A DNA stretch of 64,000 bases from Vicinamibacteria bacterium (GCA_963828745.1 CAWHFZ010000010.1:157221-221220); one strand, 5' to 3'; shown: positions 27,295 through 41,142, counted from the stretch's first letter. The notes: generated by a model from the letters alone, not told the origin. Numbers and translations: made by a program.

Positions 27295-27819
27295 TTGCGT
27301 CTTCAGGCATGGCCCGTCGTCGTACTGGTCATCGGCGCGGTCTTCCTGCTGATGCTGGTGGAACTGCAGGTCGCCGTCTTCAATGACCGGACGCTGCGGG
27401 CTCGAGGCGCGGTCGAACCGCCGGACGACGTGTATCGGATCATGCGGTTCGCGTATCCGGGCGCCTTCCTCCTGATCGGACTCGACGCGCTGCGTCACGA
27501 GTGGCTCTCTCGTGACGTCGTGCTGCTGGGCCTCGTGCTCTTCGGCTGGGCGAAGGCCCTGAAGTTCTGGGTGATTCGCACGCTCGGCAGCCGATGGTCG
27601 TTTCGCGTGATGGTGGTGCCCGGCCTGCCGCTGATCACCGGCGGACCGTACCGCTGGGTCCGCCATCCCAACTACGTCGCAGTGCTCGGCGAGATCGCCG
27701 CGATCGCGGTGACGCTGTCGGCGCCCGTGTCCGGCGTGATTGCCGTGCTCGGATTCGCCTGGCTGCTCCGCAAGCGCATCCTCGTGGAAGAACGAGCGCT
27801 GGGCCTCCGGGAAAGATAG
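27295..27819 (+). CDS. isoprenylcysteine carboxyl methyltransferase (ICMT)-family membrane protein
   Basis: 174 aa with multiple TM segments. GGPYRWVRHPNYVAVLGEIAA and the ..LLRKRILVEERAL C-terminus. Starts 1 nt after the ATP-grasp stop. Confidence 0.8.
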   Translation: MRLQAWPVVVLVIGAVFLLMLVELQVAVFNDRTLRARGAVEPPDDVYRIMRFAYPGAFLLIGLDALRHEWLSRDVVLLGLVLFGWAKALKFWVIRTLGSRWSFRVMVVPGLPLITGGPYRWVRHPNYVAVLGEIAAIAVTLSAPVSGVIAVLGFAWLLRKRILVEERALGLRER

Positions 27820-27966
27820 CGATCGAGTTCTCGAATTCTCGATTTCTGTATTTGGTCCCTCGCTTCGGCCCACCGACATGCGACGCGCTCGCAGGCCGAA
27901 AAGCCACCGCCGCCGCTGCGGCGTCCTAAGCATTACCCGCTGCTATACTGGCGGAGTCGGTCACTC

Positions 27967-30568
27967 ATGCCTGCGCTTTGCCGGCTGTTGCTCGCGAGCG
28001 GGCGGCAGCAGGTCTTACCACCGGCGGCGGTCGTCCCGACCGTGCTTGCGCTGGGGTTGGCGCTGGCGTCCCCCACGTCCGGGCAGGTACGCCCGACCGA
28101 CGCTCCGCAAGTTCTCCCGCAGGAAAGCGAACGGCCTCCGAGCCCTGCACAGCTGAAGTACGACGCGGTGCGGGCGCTCCGCGACGGTCGCTACAGCGAA
28201 GCGCTCTCGCTGGCGGCGACGTTGCCGGCCGATACAGAGGTCTTGATCGTCCGTGGTCGCGCGCTCGCCGCGATCGGACGCTACGACGACGCGCTCGCGG
28301 CCTTTCAGCCGGTCGCGCAGCGCGAGCCTTCAGGCGAGGCAGCATTCGAACTCGGGCGCGTCTATTTGATTCGTGGCCGGACGGCGGACGCGACACGCGT
28401 GCTCGAACGAGTCATCGCGGCCGGCAGCCGCAGCGATGTCGGCGAGACGATCGGCCGGGCTGCGCGGGCAGCGCAGCTCCTCGCCCGCTACGAGCAGGCG
28501 AACACCCTGTTCCGGGATGCCGCGGCACTCGTCGGTGATGATCCGCAGCTGCAGGTCGCGTGGGGCGAGCTGTTTCTCGAGAAGCAGAATCGTCCGGAGG
28601 CCGTCCGATCCTTCCGCGCCGCGCTGCAAGGCGATCGGCGGAGTGCCGCCGCGTATGCCGGCCTCGCGCGCGCGTTCGCCGACGAAAATGCTGCGGTCGC
28701 CAAAGAGCTGGCCGGGCGCGCGCTTGGCGTCAATCCGTCGTTCGTGCCTGCCCATCTGGTGCTCGCCGACCAGGCGCTCGACGAAGATCGCCGCGCCGAT
28801 GCCAATGACGCCATTACGCAGGCACTGAACGTCAACCCGCAGAGCCTCGAGGCCCTCTCGCGCCAGGCGGCGATCGCCATGCTGGACGATCGCGAATCGG
28901 ACTTCGAGACGCTGGTCGCCCGAGTCCTGGCGATCAATCCGAAGTTCAGCGAGGTGTATCGAATCGCCGGGGCCCAGGCAGCACGGCACTACCGTTTCGA
29001 GCGCGCCGTCGAGCTGACGAAGAAGGCGCTGGCGATCGATCCGCAGAACTCGCGAGCCTCCGCCGACCTCGGCACGCACCTGCTCCGAACCGGCGACGAA
29101 GGCGCGGCGCGCACGGCCCTCGACAAAGCCTTCAAGGCCGATCCCTACGACGTCGTCGCCTACAACCTCCTCGGTCTGCTCGACAGCCTCGAGTCGTTCT
29201 CGACCGTCCAGGATGGCATCCTGACGTTCCGACTGCACCCGGACGAGGCGCCAGTTCTCCGGGAACATGCGCTGCCGCTGGCACGCGATGCGCTGCGGAC
29301 GCTGTCCGAACGTTACAACTTCACGCCGACCGGCCCGATTCTGATCGAGATCTTTCCGCGGCATGATGACTTCGCCGTGCGCAACGTCGGGCTGCCCGGC
29401 ATGATTGGCGCGCTCGGGGCATGCTTCGGCAAGGTCGTCACGCTCGACTCGCCTCGCGCGCGACCGCCTGGTACGTTCAGCTGGCAAGCGACCATGTACC
29501 ACGAGCTGGCGCACGTAGTCACCCTGCAGATGTCTGCCAACCGCATTCCGCGATGGCTGACGGAAGGCATCTCGGTCTACGAGGAGCAGCACGCGCGTCC
29601 CGAGTGGGGCCGCGACATGGACCTCGAGTTCGCCGACGCGCTCGAGCGCGGCACCGTGATCAGCCTGCCGGATCTCAATGCCGGCTTCATGGATCCGACG
29701 ACGATCTCGATGGCCTATTACGAGGCGTCGCTCCTGGTCGAATTTCTCGTCGAGGCTCACGGCCACGGTGCCCTCGAGTCGCTGGTGCGCAGCCTTCGCC
29801 GATGGCGGCGACACCGACGCAACGCTGAAGAAGACGCTGAGCACCTCTCTCCCCGAACTGCAGCCGCAGTTCACCAGTTGGCTGAACGCGCGCTTCGATC
29901 CCATTCTCAAGGCGCGGCGCGCGCCGCAGGATGTGGTGATCACGTCGCGGACGCCACGCCAGACGCTCGAGGAGCTCGCGACGGCACACCCCGATTACTT
30001 CGACCTTCTCGTGCGTCTCGGCGAGCTCCGCGCGCAGGCGGGTGACACGGCAGGCGCTTACAGCGCGTGGCAGCGCGCCGCTGCACTGGTTCCAGCGGCA
30101 ACGGGCGAGGACGGTCCGCGCGCGCGGATCGCCAAGCTGGCGATGGAGCAGGGCGACGCGGCGCGCGCGATCGAGGCGCTGGAAGGTACGCTCCAGCGGG
30201 AAGGCGCCAACGTCGAGGCGGCGCGCCAGCTGGCCATGCTGCTCGATCGTGCCGAGCAGCCGGTCCGCGCGGCAGCGGCGTGGGCGCGCGTCGCCGAGCT
30301 CGATCCGTTCGATGCCAATGCGTCCGCCGTGCTCGGACGTCAGGCCTTGAGCCACAGCGATCCCGAACTCGCGGCCCGCTGGTTCCGTGCGGCGCTCGCC
30401 GCCGGCCCGGCCGATCGGGCCGCGGCTCACTGCGATCTCGCCGAAAGTTACCTTGGCGCCAGCCAGCCCGTGCTGGCCAAGCGGCAGGTGCTCGCCGCGC
30501 TCGAGAACGCCCCGATGTACGCCCGGGCGCAGGATCTGCTGCTCGCGATCGTGGACGGGGTTCGCTGA
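27967..30568 (+). pseudogene. secreted TPR-repeat protein with peptidase-MA-like zincin domain (HELAH), 1 frameshift (~29795)
   Basis: Signal peptide, TPR-like repeats, then TFSWQATMYHELAHVVTLQ..WLTEGISVYEE. The C-terminal TPR part continues in the ORF 29678-30568 frame. Removing one base near 29795 gives LVRSFADGGDTDATLKK. Confidence 0.7.
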
Positions 30569-31387
30569 TGCGCCTGCGTGCCTGGATAGCGATGCTCACG
30601 GTCCTCGCGATCGCCGGCGGTGTCGAGGCTCAGCGCGTGCTCGGCCAGAACGAGACCGGCTTTCAGCAGGGCGGCACGCAACCGACCGCCGATCCCCGCC
30701 TCGCCGGTCTGGAATGGACCTTCGTGCGCGTGAAGTATGCCGCGAACTCGATCACCGGACGTCGCTTCCGCATGCAGTACTGGGGCGAACCGTGGGCCAC
30801 CGACGGTCCGGCTGCCGAGCAGAACCTGTCGCGCCGGGTCCGCAGCACCACCGCGATCCAGGTAGGCGATCCGATTGTCCTCGGGCTCGAAGATCCCACT
30901 TTGTGGCAATACCCGTGGATCTATTTCGTGGAGCCGGGAAATCTCGAGCTGACTGCGCAGGAGGTGCCCATCCTGCGAGAGTTCCTGCTGCGAGGCGGCA
31001 CGGCGGTCTTCGACGACTTCCACGGGCCCGTACGAGTGGGAAAGTCTCGTCGCGCAACTGAAGCGCGTCTTTCCCGACCGCCCGATCGTCGAAATCGAGC
31101 GGGGCCACCCGCTGTATTCCTGCTTCTACAAGCTCGATGGTTACCCGCAGGTGCCGGGCATCGGATCGTTCATGCAGGGGCGCATGTGGGAGAAGGGCGG
31201 GTTCGTCGCCCACCTGCGCGCGATCATGGACGATCGGGAGCGTCCGATGGTCATGATCAACTGGAACACCGACATCGGCGACGGATGGGAGTGGTCGAAC
31301 GCCGAGGATCTGCCGGGATACGTCCGGCACACGCGCGAGGCGTATCGGATCGGCATCAACGAAATCGTCTATTCGTTGACGCATTGA
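30568..31387 (+). pseudogene. DUF4159-domain protein, 1 frameshift (~31028)
   Basis: ATGA overlap with the upstream stop. MRLRAWIAMLTVLAIAGG.., WQYPWIYFVEPGNLELTAQEVPILREFLLRGGTAVFDDFHGP, then YEWESLVAQLKRVFPDRPIVEIERGHPLYSCFYKL... Removing one C at the gggccc run restores the frame. Confidence 0.75.
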
Positions 31388-31416
31388 AGAAACGTTCGCA
31401 ATCACGAGGAGATCGA

Positions 31417-32438
<1,022 letters not shown>

Positions 32439-32442
<4 letters not shown>

Positions 32443-33353
32443 GCGTCATGCGCGTCAGCCGCCCGGGGGAGCTGCGGTTTCTCGATCCCGCCGTCATCGC
32501 ACGGCTCGCCTCCCTGGAACTGCGCGCCCGCACCATTGTCGAGGGGTTCATCTCGGGCCTTCACCGTAGCCCGCTGAAAGGCTTCTCGGTCGAGTTCGCT
32601 GAATATCGCCAGTACTTTCCCGGGGACGATCTTTCGACGATCGACTGGAAGGTCTTCGCCCGCACCGATCGTCACGTCGTCAAGAAGTTCGAAGAAGAAA
32701 CCAACCTGAAGGGATACCTGCTGGTCGACGTGAGCCGATCGATGGCGTACGGCTCGGGTCCGTTGACCAAACTGGAATACGCGTCAACGCTGGCTGCCTG
32801 CCTGGCGTATCTGATGCAGAAGCAGCGCGACGCGGCTGGTCTCGCGACGTTCGACGAGCGGATCCGGACCGTCGTGGCGCCGGGCACACGGCCCGGACAT
32901 CTCAATGCGCTCATGCATGCGCTGAGCTCGGTGACCGTCGGGACCGCGACCAATGCGGGCCTGGCCTTGAATCAGCTGGCAGAGACAGTCAGGAAACGAG
33001 GGTTGGTCGTGCTGATTTCGGACCTGTTCGACGAGCCGGAACGCGTCGTGCGCGGTCTGAAGCACATGCGGTTTCGCGGTTCGGACGTGCTGGTGTTCCA
33101 CCTGCTGGATCACGCCGAGCTCACATTTCCGTTCGAGCAGCCGGCCCGGTTTCGAGACATGGAGGACGGCGCCGAGGTGCTGGTGAGCCCGGCCGAGATC
33201 AGGCAGGGTTATCTCGCGTCGATCAACGGACTGATCGAGACCTATCGTCGCGAGCTCGGGGCGGCCGGCGTGGACTACCGGCTCGTCGATACGAGCCAGC
33301 CGCTCGACGAGTCGCTCCTCGAATATCTGGCGACGCGCAGCCGGCGTCACTGA
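32439..33353 (+). CDS. DUF58-domain protein (MoxR partner)
   Basis: GTGA overlap with the MoxR stop (alternative ATG at 32448). SPLKGFSVEFAEYRQYFPGDDLSTIDWKVFARTDRHVVKKFEEETN. Confidence 0.88.
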
Positions 33354-33364
33354 CGAGCGTCATC

Positions 33365-35242
33365 ATGTCATCGCTCGGCTTCCTTTCACCGCTGTTTCTG
33401 TTAGGCGCCCTCGCAGTCGCCGTCCCGATCGTGCTGCACCTGCTCCGGCAGCGCGTCGATCCGGTCTTCGAGTTCAGCGCGGTGAAGTTCCTCCGGCGTG
33501 TGCCGGTGGAGCGGGCCCGGCGCCGGCGTTTGCGCGACGTGCTGCTGTTCTTGCTTCGCGCGTCGGCCGTGCTGCTGCTCGCGATCGGCTTCGCGCGACC
33601 GTATTTTCAGGGCGGCACCGCGCTACCGGAGCCGCCCGTCACGGTCGTGCTCGCTGACGTGTCGGCCAGCATGGGGGGCGAGCCACGCACCGCGAAGTTG
33701 CGCGACCTGGTGCGCGAGGCAATCGATGCCGCGCCGGCAGGCCATGCCGTCGGGCTCGTTCGCTTCGCGGCGACCGCCGATGTGCTCGTGGCGCCGACGC
33801 TGGATCGTGCTGCCGTGAAGGCCGCCGCGTCACAGCTGATGCCTGGATTCGGGCCGACGATGTACCGTGTCGGCCTCGCACGCGCCGCGGAGGTGCTCGG
33901 CACGAAGAAGGGCCGCGTGGTGGTGGTCACGGATCTGCAGAGCGGGGGATGGACGGCGGGCGCCGGAACCGGATTGCCGTCCGGCACCGAGGTCGCCGCC
34001 AGCGACGTGGGGGCTCTGCCGCGAAATGCCGGCATCGCACTGCTGACATCGACACCCGACGGGCTCGTCGCTCGTGTTCGCAATACCGGTGGCCAGCGCG
34101 ACGCGACGGTCAGCTTCGAAGTCAACGGCGTGCGGCGCGACGGCCGGACGGTGCGTCTGGCTGAGAATGGCACGGTGGACGTGACCACGAAGATCGCGGT
34201 GGCGCGTGGCGACCGCGTCGCCGCGCGCGTCGCCGATCCCGACGGCCTGCCAGGTGACGATGTGATGTGGCTGGTGCGATCCGAACCGCGGCTGGAGCGT
34301 GTCGTGATCGTCGTGTCACCTGGAGCGGGACAGCAGGACGGCATTTACGCTCAGCGTGCGCTCCAGGCACTCGAAGGCGCGCGGGCGGTAGACGTGACGG
34401 TTGTCGCCGCCGATCGTTTGCTCTCGAGTGAAAGCCTTCGCGGGACCGCTGCCATCGTCGTCGTCGGTACAGCCGGCCTCGATCGCCGCGGCGCCGACAT
34501 GCTGGCCACGTTCGTGCGCGATGGCGGCGGCTTACTCGTCACCGTCGGTCCGAGTACCAACCCGGAGCTGCTCGCGGCCGGGTTCGGTCAGGGGTTTCCA
34601 CGCATCCGCCTCGGCCCCTCATCCGACAGTACGCTGGCCTTGGCGGTCGCCGAAACGCGCCACCCCGCGCTCGACGTGTTCGCCGTAAACCCTGGCGCCT
34701 TCAACGACGTGCGCTTTTCGCGCGCGGCCGACGTCCTCGGCGATGCCGGCAGCGACGTGCTGGTCCGCTTCGACTCGGGTGCTCCGGCCCTCGTCGCGTC
34801 AACCTACGGGCGTGGGCGGCTGGCGGTCTTCGCGTCTGATCTGTCGAATCGATGGAACGATTTTGCGTTGCAGCCGGCGTTCGTCCCCTTTCTCGGCGAG
34901 ACCGTCCGGTGGCTGGCCGGTGCGCGCACGCCGCCGGAGACGCTGGTTGCCGGGACCAGTCCGGTCGAGGGCGCAGACAAGCCGGGCGTCATCGCATGGA
35001 GATCCGCGGGCAGCCCGGACGCCACGCAGGTCGCAGTAAACGTCGATCCGCGCGAGTTCGATCCGGCACGGCAGGAAGCGTCCATGTTCGTAGACCGCGT
35101 GCCGCGGGAAGGTGCCGCCCTGACAACGGCGGCCGAGGCGGTTGCGAGAAGGCAAGAGGCGGCGCAGGGCTTGTGGCGCTACGGTCTCGGTCTGATGCTG
35201 GTCAGTCTGGTGGTCGAGTCGTTGGTCGGCAGGCGGACCTGA
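33365..35242 (+). CDS. BatA-like protein: N-terminal double-TM aerotolerance-regulator domain + VWA domain
   Basis: 625 aa. MSSLGFLSPLFLLGALAVAVPIVLHLLRQR. MIDAS-like DVSASMGG. C-terminal TM. The stop codon lies inside a REP hairpin. Confidence 0.82.
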   Translation: MSSLGFLSPLFLLGALAVAVPIVLHLLRQRVDPVFEFSAVKFLRRVPVERARRRRLRDVLLFLLRASAVLLLAIGFARPYFQGGTALPEPPVTVVLADVSASMGGEPRTAKLRDLVREAIDAAPAGHAVGLVRFAATADVLVAPTLDRAAVKAAASQLMPGFGPTMYRVGLARAAEVLGTKKGRVVVVTDLQSGGWTAGAGTGLPSGTEVAASDVGALPRNAGIALLTSTPDGLVARVRNTGGQRDATVSFEVNGVRRDGRTVRLAENGTVDVTTKIAVARGDRVAARVADPDGLPGDDVMWLVRSEPRLERVVIVVSPGAGQQDGIYAQRALQALEGARAVDVTVVAADRLLSSESLRGTAAIVVVGTAGLDRRGADMLATFVRDGGGLLVTVGPSTNPELLAAGFGQGFPRIRLGPSSDSTLALAVAETRHPALDVFAVNPGAFNDVRFSRAADVLGDAGSDVLVRFDSGAPALVASTYGRGRLAVFASDLSNRWNDFALQPAFVPFLGETVRWLAGARTPPETLVAGTSPVEGADKPGVIAWRSAGSPDATQVAVNVDPREFDPARQEASMFVDRVPREGAALTTAAEAVARRQEAAQGLWRYGLGLMLVSLVVESLVGRRT

Positions 35243-35343
35243 AGGTCCGCCCCAGCAGGGTGCGGGTCGGATCAGGATGTCGGGCTCGGATCAAGATATC
35301 GGGCTCGGATCAAGAATATGTAGGGCGGGGCTTCAGCCCCGCC
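35232..35343. repeat. REP copies flanking an ~19-nt tandem triplet, inside the operon
   Basis: GGCGGACC-TGAA-GGTCCGCC (35232-35251, contains the TGA stop of the BatA-like gene), 3x CGGGYTCGGATCARGATRT (35263-35320) and TGTAGGGCGGGGC-TTCA-GCCCCGCC (35319-35343). Confidence 0.8.
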
Positions 35344-35354
35344 AAGAAGCGGTT

Positions 35355-38300
35355 ATGCACGAGCAGTTCGGCCAGATAGAGGCGTTCCTCGACGCACTGG
35401 GACGGCGCTGGCGCCGTCTGGCGAGCCTGCGGCTCGTCACGCGGCTGTCGCTCGGTCTCGCGGTCGTGTGGGGCATGGCGGCGCTGGGGTGGCTGCTGGT
35501 CGGCCGCGGCTCGATGGTCGCCGAAACCGTTCTGGTCGTGTGCGCGGTTCTCGCGAGCGCGGTGATCGGCTTCGTCGCCTTGCGCCGCTGGCCGTCGATG
35601 CCCGGACGATTGGCGCTGGCCCGCCTCGCCGAGGATCACGTGGATGGCCTCGACGACCGACTGGTGACGGTGGTCGGTGCCATTCACGACAACCGGGTCG
35701 ATCGCGATGGGCCCATCGCCACGGCACTTGTCGCCGATACGTCGGCGCACTTGCCGCTCGATGGCGCGAGCGCGGTCGTCACGGCCGACGCGCTGAGTGC
35801 GGCGGGCCGGCGCGCGATTGGCGCGACGGCGCTGGCCGCCGGCTGCATCGCCGTTCTCGCATTGCCGGCGACACGAGTTGCCCGGATGGCGTGGCTCTAC
35901 GTCTCGCCGGTGTCGCTCGTGTTCGAGGTGCAGCCCGGCAACGTCCGGCTGCGCCCCGCGACACCGCTGACGATCCGGGTGCGTACGTCAGCAGCCGGAC
36001 ATGGCCTGGCCCCGGACCTCGAGGTCCGGATGAAGCAGGCGGCGCGGCGGACCCGAATGGAAGGCCAGGCCGGCGACCAGTTCGCGACGACCTTTTCCAC
36101 GGTGCCGGCCTCGTTCACCTACCACGTCGAACTCGCCGGACGCAGGTCTCCCGATTACACGGTCACGCTGTTGACCAACCCGCGGGTCAAACGAATCGAT
36201 CTCAGCTACGACTTTCCGAGCTTTACCAAGCTCGCGAGCCGGACGGAAAACGATGGCGGCGACATCTACGCGCCGGCCGGCACGCGCGTGCACCTGACGG
36301 TCTTGCCGCACACGACGACCGCGCCGATCGTCAGCGGCACCGTCGCTCTCAGGACCGGGCGCGTCGTTCCTCTTACGCGCCAGCCTGACGGCGCGCTGTC
36401 AGGCGATCTCGTGATCACGACCGACGACGCGTATCGCGTCAAGCTGACGGACGCGGATGGCCTGCAGAACACCGAGGATCCGGAATACTTCGTGCGCATG
36501 CTCGACGATCGTCCGCCCGACGTCCGCATCGTGCGGCCGGCGGGCGATCGCCAGGTCACGCCGCTCGAGGAAATAGAAATCGAGGCGCGGGCCGACGACG
36601 ACCACGGCGTGGCGGGACTCGAATTGGTCTATGGCGTGCGTGGCGGCCGCGAGCGGGCGGTGCCGCTGGGCGGAGACGGGTCGCAGCTCTCGGTGACCGG
36701 CAAGCATACGGTCTATCTGGAAGACCTCAACGTGAAGCCGGGCGACTTCGTCGCCTTCTACGCACGCGCGCGCGATGTCGGCCGCGGCAAGCGCCCGACC
36801 CAGGCGCGCAGCGACATCTATTTCCTGGAAGTGACGCCATTCATCGACGAATTCGCGCTGGCGCAAAGCCAGGCGATGGCCGGTGGCGGTGGCGAGCAGA
36901 TGGACGATCTCGTCAGGCAGCAGAAGGACATCATCGTCGGCACCTGGAAGCTCGACGCGCGCACGGCACGCAGCGGCGCCGCGGCGGCCGCCGAAGATCT
37001 CGCGACGCTGGGACGCGCCCAAGGCAACGTCCGGCGCCGTACCGAGGCGGCGGCACAGATGCGGGCGGGCAGCCTGGTTTTGCGCCGGCCCGGTCTGGCG
37101 CCCGATCAGGATTCGAGCCAGTCGCCCCTCGCCGAAGCCGCCAGTGCCATGGGCCGCGCCGAGCAGGCGCTCCACGGGCGTAAAGTGCCACAGGCGCTGC
37201 CTGCGGAGATGGAGGCGCTCAATCATCTGCTGCGTGCGCAGGCCGAGGCGCAGCGGAAGCAGGTGACGCGGCAGCAAGGCAACGGCGGCGGTGGATTCAA
37301 TCGCGCGCAGCAGGATCTGTCCACGCTGTTCGACCGCGAGCTGGCACGGCAGCAGCAGACGAACTACGAGACGCCCAAGACGGCCGAAGAGCGACGCGAA
37401 GATCAGGGCGACGACACACTCGAGCGCGTGCGTGAGCTGGCGCGACGGCAGGAGGCGCTGGCGCGGCAGCAGGAAGATCTGGCGCGCGAGCGCGCGCGCA
37501 TGGATGCGGAAGAAGTGAAGCGGCGTCTCGAGCGACTGACTCGTGAGCAGTCGGAACTGCGTCGCGAAGCCGAGATGCTCGCGCAGCAGCTCCAGAGCGC
37601 CGAGCGCCGCGCGCGCGAGCAGCAGATGGGACAGCGCGGGAGTCAGTCCCAGTCGGGGCAGCAGCAGTCGAGTGGTGAGTCGGGACGTGAGTCTGCCGGG
37701 AATCCTTCAGGCGACGGATCTCGCAGTCGTCGGCCTTGCGGCAGGCGTCCGAGGACATGCGGAATGCCGCCGGCAACCTGCGGCGCGAGGACACGGAGCA
37801 GGCACGGCAACAGAGCGCGCGAGCCCTCGAGCGACTGCAGGGGGTCGAGCGCGCGTTGCGCAACAGCGGCCCCGACGAACGCCGTCGGGCGATGGGCGAT
37901 GCACAGCTCGAGGCGAGGCAACTCGCCGAGCGGCAGCGGCAGCTGACCGAGACGGCGCCGCCGACGCTGCGAAGCGCAACGACGCCGATGCGCGACGGCG
38001 TACGGCGGCAGAACAGCAGCGCCTGGCCGAGCGCGTCGACGCGCTGCAGAAGCGGCTGCGGGAGCTTGGCAGCGGCGGCGATCGCGCCGAGCGCGACCGG
38101 CTGAGTGCCGCCGCACGGGAGCTCGAAGACGGCCGCTCCGCCGAGCGCATGCGCGCGCTTGCGCGCGGACTGCAGAAGGGAAACGAGGCCGGACAGGCAG
38201 AGACCGGTCGCGACCTGGCGCGCTCGCTGGAACGTCTCGCCGATCGCATCGGAGGATCGACGGGCAAGAACGATCCCGAGGGGAAGCGGCTGGCTGACGA

Positions 38301-38931
38301 TTTGTCGCGCACCCGGGAGCTGCGCGAGCGTCTCGGCGAGTTGCAGCGTCAAATGGCGGAGCTCGGGCGGCAGGGCAGCGCGGGCGACCAGCCGGCCCAG
38401 ACTGACGACGGGCGGCAAAGCGCGCAGCAATCCGGCCAGCGCTCCCCGAGCAGCGGCCAGTCCGGGCAACCAGGAAGCCAGTCATCGAGTGGCCGAGGCA
38501 ATGGCGAACCGGGTGCCTCGGCGAACACCGCGCGCGGGGAAACTGGCGACCAAGCGGGTCGCGAGCGCGCGCGCGAAATCGGCGCGCTGCGACAGCGTTA
38601 TCGCGAGGAACTGCGACGCGCCGGTCAGGCTGACGAGCGGATTCGCGAACTATCGCCATCGACGAACGGATACGGCGCGACGCCCGAGGGACAGGGAATG
38701 GTGAGCTCCGCCCCCGGGACCGAGGCGTTCAAGCAGGACTTCACGCGATGGGAGACGCTGCACCGCGAGTTGACGCTCGGGCTCGAGCGGCTCGAGTCGG
38801 ATCTCTCGCAGCGGGTCATCGACAAGGCGGCAAAGGATCGGCTGCGCTCGGGGAGTGCCGACCGCACCCCTGTGGAATATCGCTCCAGCGTCGACAAGTA
38901 CTTCCGCGCGCTGGCGCAGGAGCCGCATTGA
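35355..38931 (+). pseudogene. DUF4175-like large membrane-anchored coiled-coil protein, 2 frameshifts (~37700-37735, ~37960)
   Basis: ATG at 35355. N-terminal TM pair, a long E/R/Q-rich coiled-coil region and a low-complexity SGQ region. C-terminus ..TPVEYRSSVDKYFRALAQEPH. Three frame segments (ORFs 35277, 37736, 37543) abut in order. Confidence 0.65.
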
Positions 38932-38932
38932 C

Positions 38933-41142
38933 GTGCATTTCGCCACTGCGCTCCCCGGCTGGACGCTTGTCGTCGTCGCGGCGGCGATCCTCGCTCTGGC
39001 GCTGTTCACGTACGGTCGCGCCAGAAGCCTGTCGACTGCCCAGCGAACGCTGCTCGTAGCGCTGCGCGCCTGCGCACTCGCCCTCGTCGTGCTCTGCCTG
39101 CTGAGGCCGATGGTGCCGATCACGCCCGCTCATCGTGACTCGGGTGTCATCGGCATCCTCGTCGACCAGTCGCGCAGTATGGGCTTGCGCGACGCCGATG
39201 GCTTGTCACGCCTCCAGCGCGCGGCGGCGGTCATCCAACAGAGCCTGATGCCATCGCTTGCCAACCGATGGCGGGTGGAGACCTGGCTGTTCGGCGACGG
39301 TGTACGTGACGCACGTGACGTCGCGATGGCCCCGACCGCCGATCGGAGCGACCTGGCTGGCGCGGTCGCGAGCGCCGTGGAACGCCTCCGCGGCCGCAGC
39401 CTCGCCGGCCTCGTGATTTTGACCGACGGAGCGCGAACCGACAGGGCGAACCTCGCCGACGTCGGCGCGCAAGCGGGCGTACCGATCGTGACCATCGGCA
39501 TCGGGCGCGCTGGATGGCCGTGACATCGCGGTCCGCAGCGTGACGCCGAGCGAATCACGGCTCGACGCGAGCCTGATCGATCTGACGGTGGCAGCGGAGG
39601 CGCGGCAGCTTGCAGGCGCGGTCGAGATGCGGCTGCTTCAGGACGGAAGAGTCGTGGCCAGGCGCAATGTCGATCCCGGCCCGGGCGGCGCGATACGCAC
39701 GCTGTTCACGGTCGCACCGGGACGCCAGGCACCCACGCTCTACACGGTGGACGTCTCGCCAAAGGATGGTGAGCTGACCGAGGCGAACAATCACGCGTCG
39801 GTGCTCGTGCCACCGCCCGGACGACGCCGTCGGGTCCTCGTGCTTCAGGGCGCGCCGGGCTTCGAACACACGTTCCTGACGCGGGCCTGGGTAGAAGACC
39901 CGTCCCTCGATGTGGATTCGGTGGTCCGCAAGGGGCGCGACGAGCGTGGTGCGGACACGTTCTTCGTTCAGGCCGCCGGCAGCCGATCCGAAACGCTCGC
40001 GAATGGATTCCCGGCGACCAAGCAGGCGCTTTACACCTACGACGTCGTGGCACTCGCCAATATGGACGCGCGGGCGCTGGGGCGCGAGCAGTTGGAATGG
40101 CTTCGTGATTTCGTCGCCGAACGGGGCGGCGGGTTGCTCTCGCTCGGTGCCCGTAGCCTGGATGCGCAGGCGATCGCCGATTCTCCGATCGAAGAAGCGC
40201 TGCCGCTGCGCCCTGGCGACAGCGGCAGCGTTGTGCGCGCGGCAGCGACACGGGGAGGTTCGGGCGAACGCGTGCGGCTCACCGCCGACGGTCGACGGCA
40301 CTCGCTGATGCGCATCGCCACCAGCGACGAGGACTCGGCCAAGCGCTGGGCAGCAATGCCATCGCTGGCCGCGCATGTGCGTCTGGGCGCGGCGCGCCCC
40401 GGCGCGAGCATTCTGGCCACCGCGGAAGGGCAGGCTGGAGCATCCGATCCGGTCGATCGCCGTGCAGCGGTTCGGCGCCGGGCGCGCGATGATCTTCGCC
40501 GGTGAAGCGAGTTGGCGCTGGAAAATGATGATGCCCGCCAACGACGGCAGCTACGATCGATTCTGGCGTCAAGCCGCGCGCTGGCTCAGCGCCGAAGCGC
40601 CGGATGCGGTCGCGGTTGATGCGTCGGGTGTAACGCCCGACGATGACGATGTGACACTCGCCGTGGATGCGCGTGACGGGTCGTTCGTGCCGGCCGCGGA
40701 TGCCAATGTCAACGTCAGGGTCGAGAGCCCGGACGGCACGAGCGCTACGCAGACGGCAACGCTCGTGAACCCGGCTCGAGGACGATTCGAAGCGCGGATC
40801 AACGTACGTGCGGCCGGCATCTATCGGGCCCACATCGAAGCAACGCGCAATGGCGCCCGTCTCGGCGCGGCGGACGTGCCCTGGCTGGTGGGTGGCATGG
40901 ATGCGGAGCTCGCTGATCCGCGACTCGACGCGATCGGCCTGCGACGACTTGCTGAAAGCTCCGGCGGTGCCTACCTGACGCCGGATCGTGCCGCTGAGGC
41001 CGGCAAGTTCCTGGTCGCCCGCAGCGCCGGGCGGGTGCCGACAGAGTGGCGGGACGCCTGGCACCGCGGATGGGTGTTCCTGACAATCGTCGCGCTTGTT
41101 TCAATCGAGTGGACCCTGCGACGTCAGTGGGGATTGAAATGA
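38933..41142 (+). pseudogene. membrane VWA + GATase1-like (BatB/DUF1355-like) protein, 2 frameshifts (~39508, ~40440)
   Basis: GTG start 2 nt after the upstream stop. TM pair, MIDAS-like DQSRSMG, RVLVLQGAPGFEHTFL..YDVVALANMD..GGGLLSLGA, RAMIFAGEASWRW and a C-terminal TM (GWVFLTIVALVSIEW). Confidence 0.7.
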
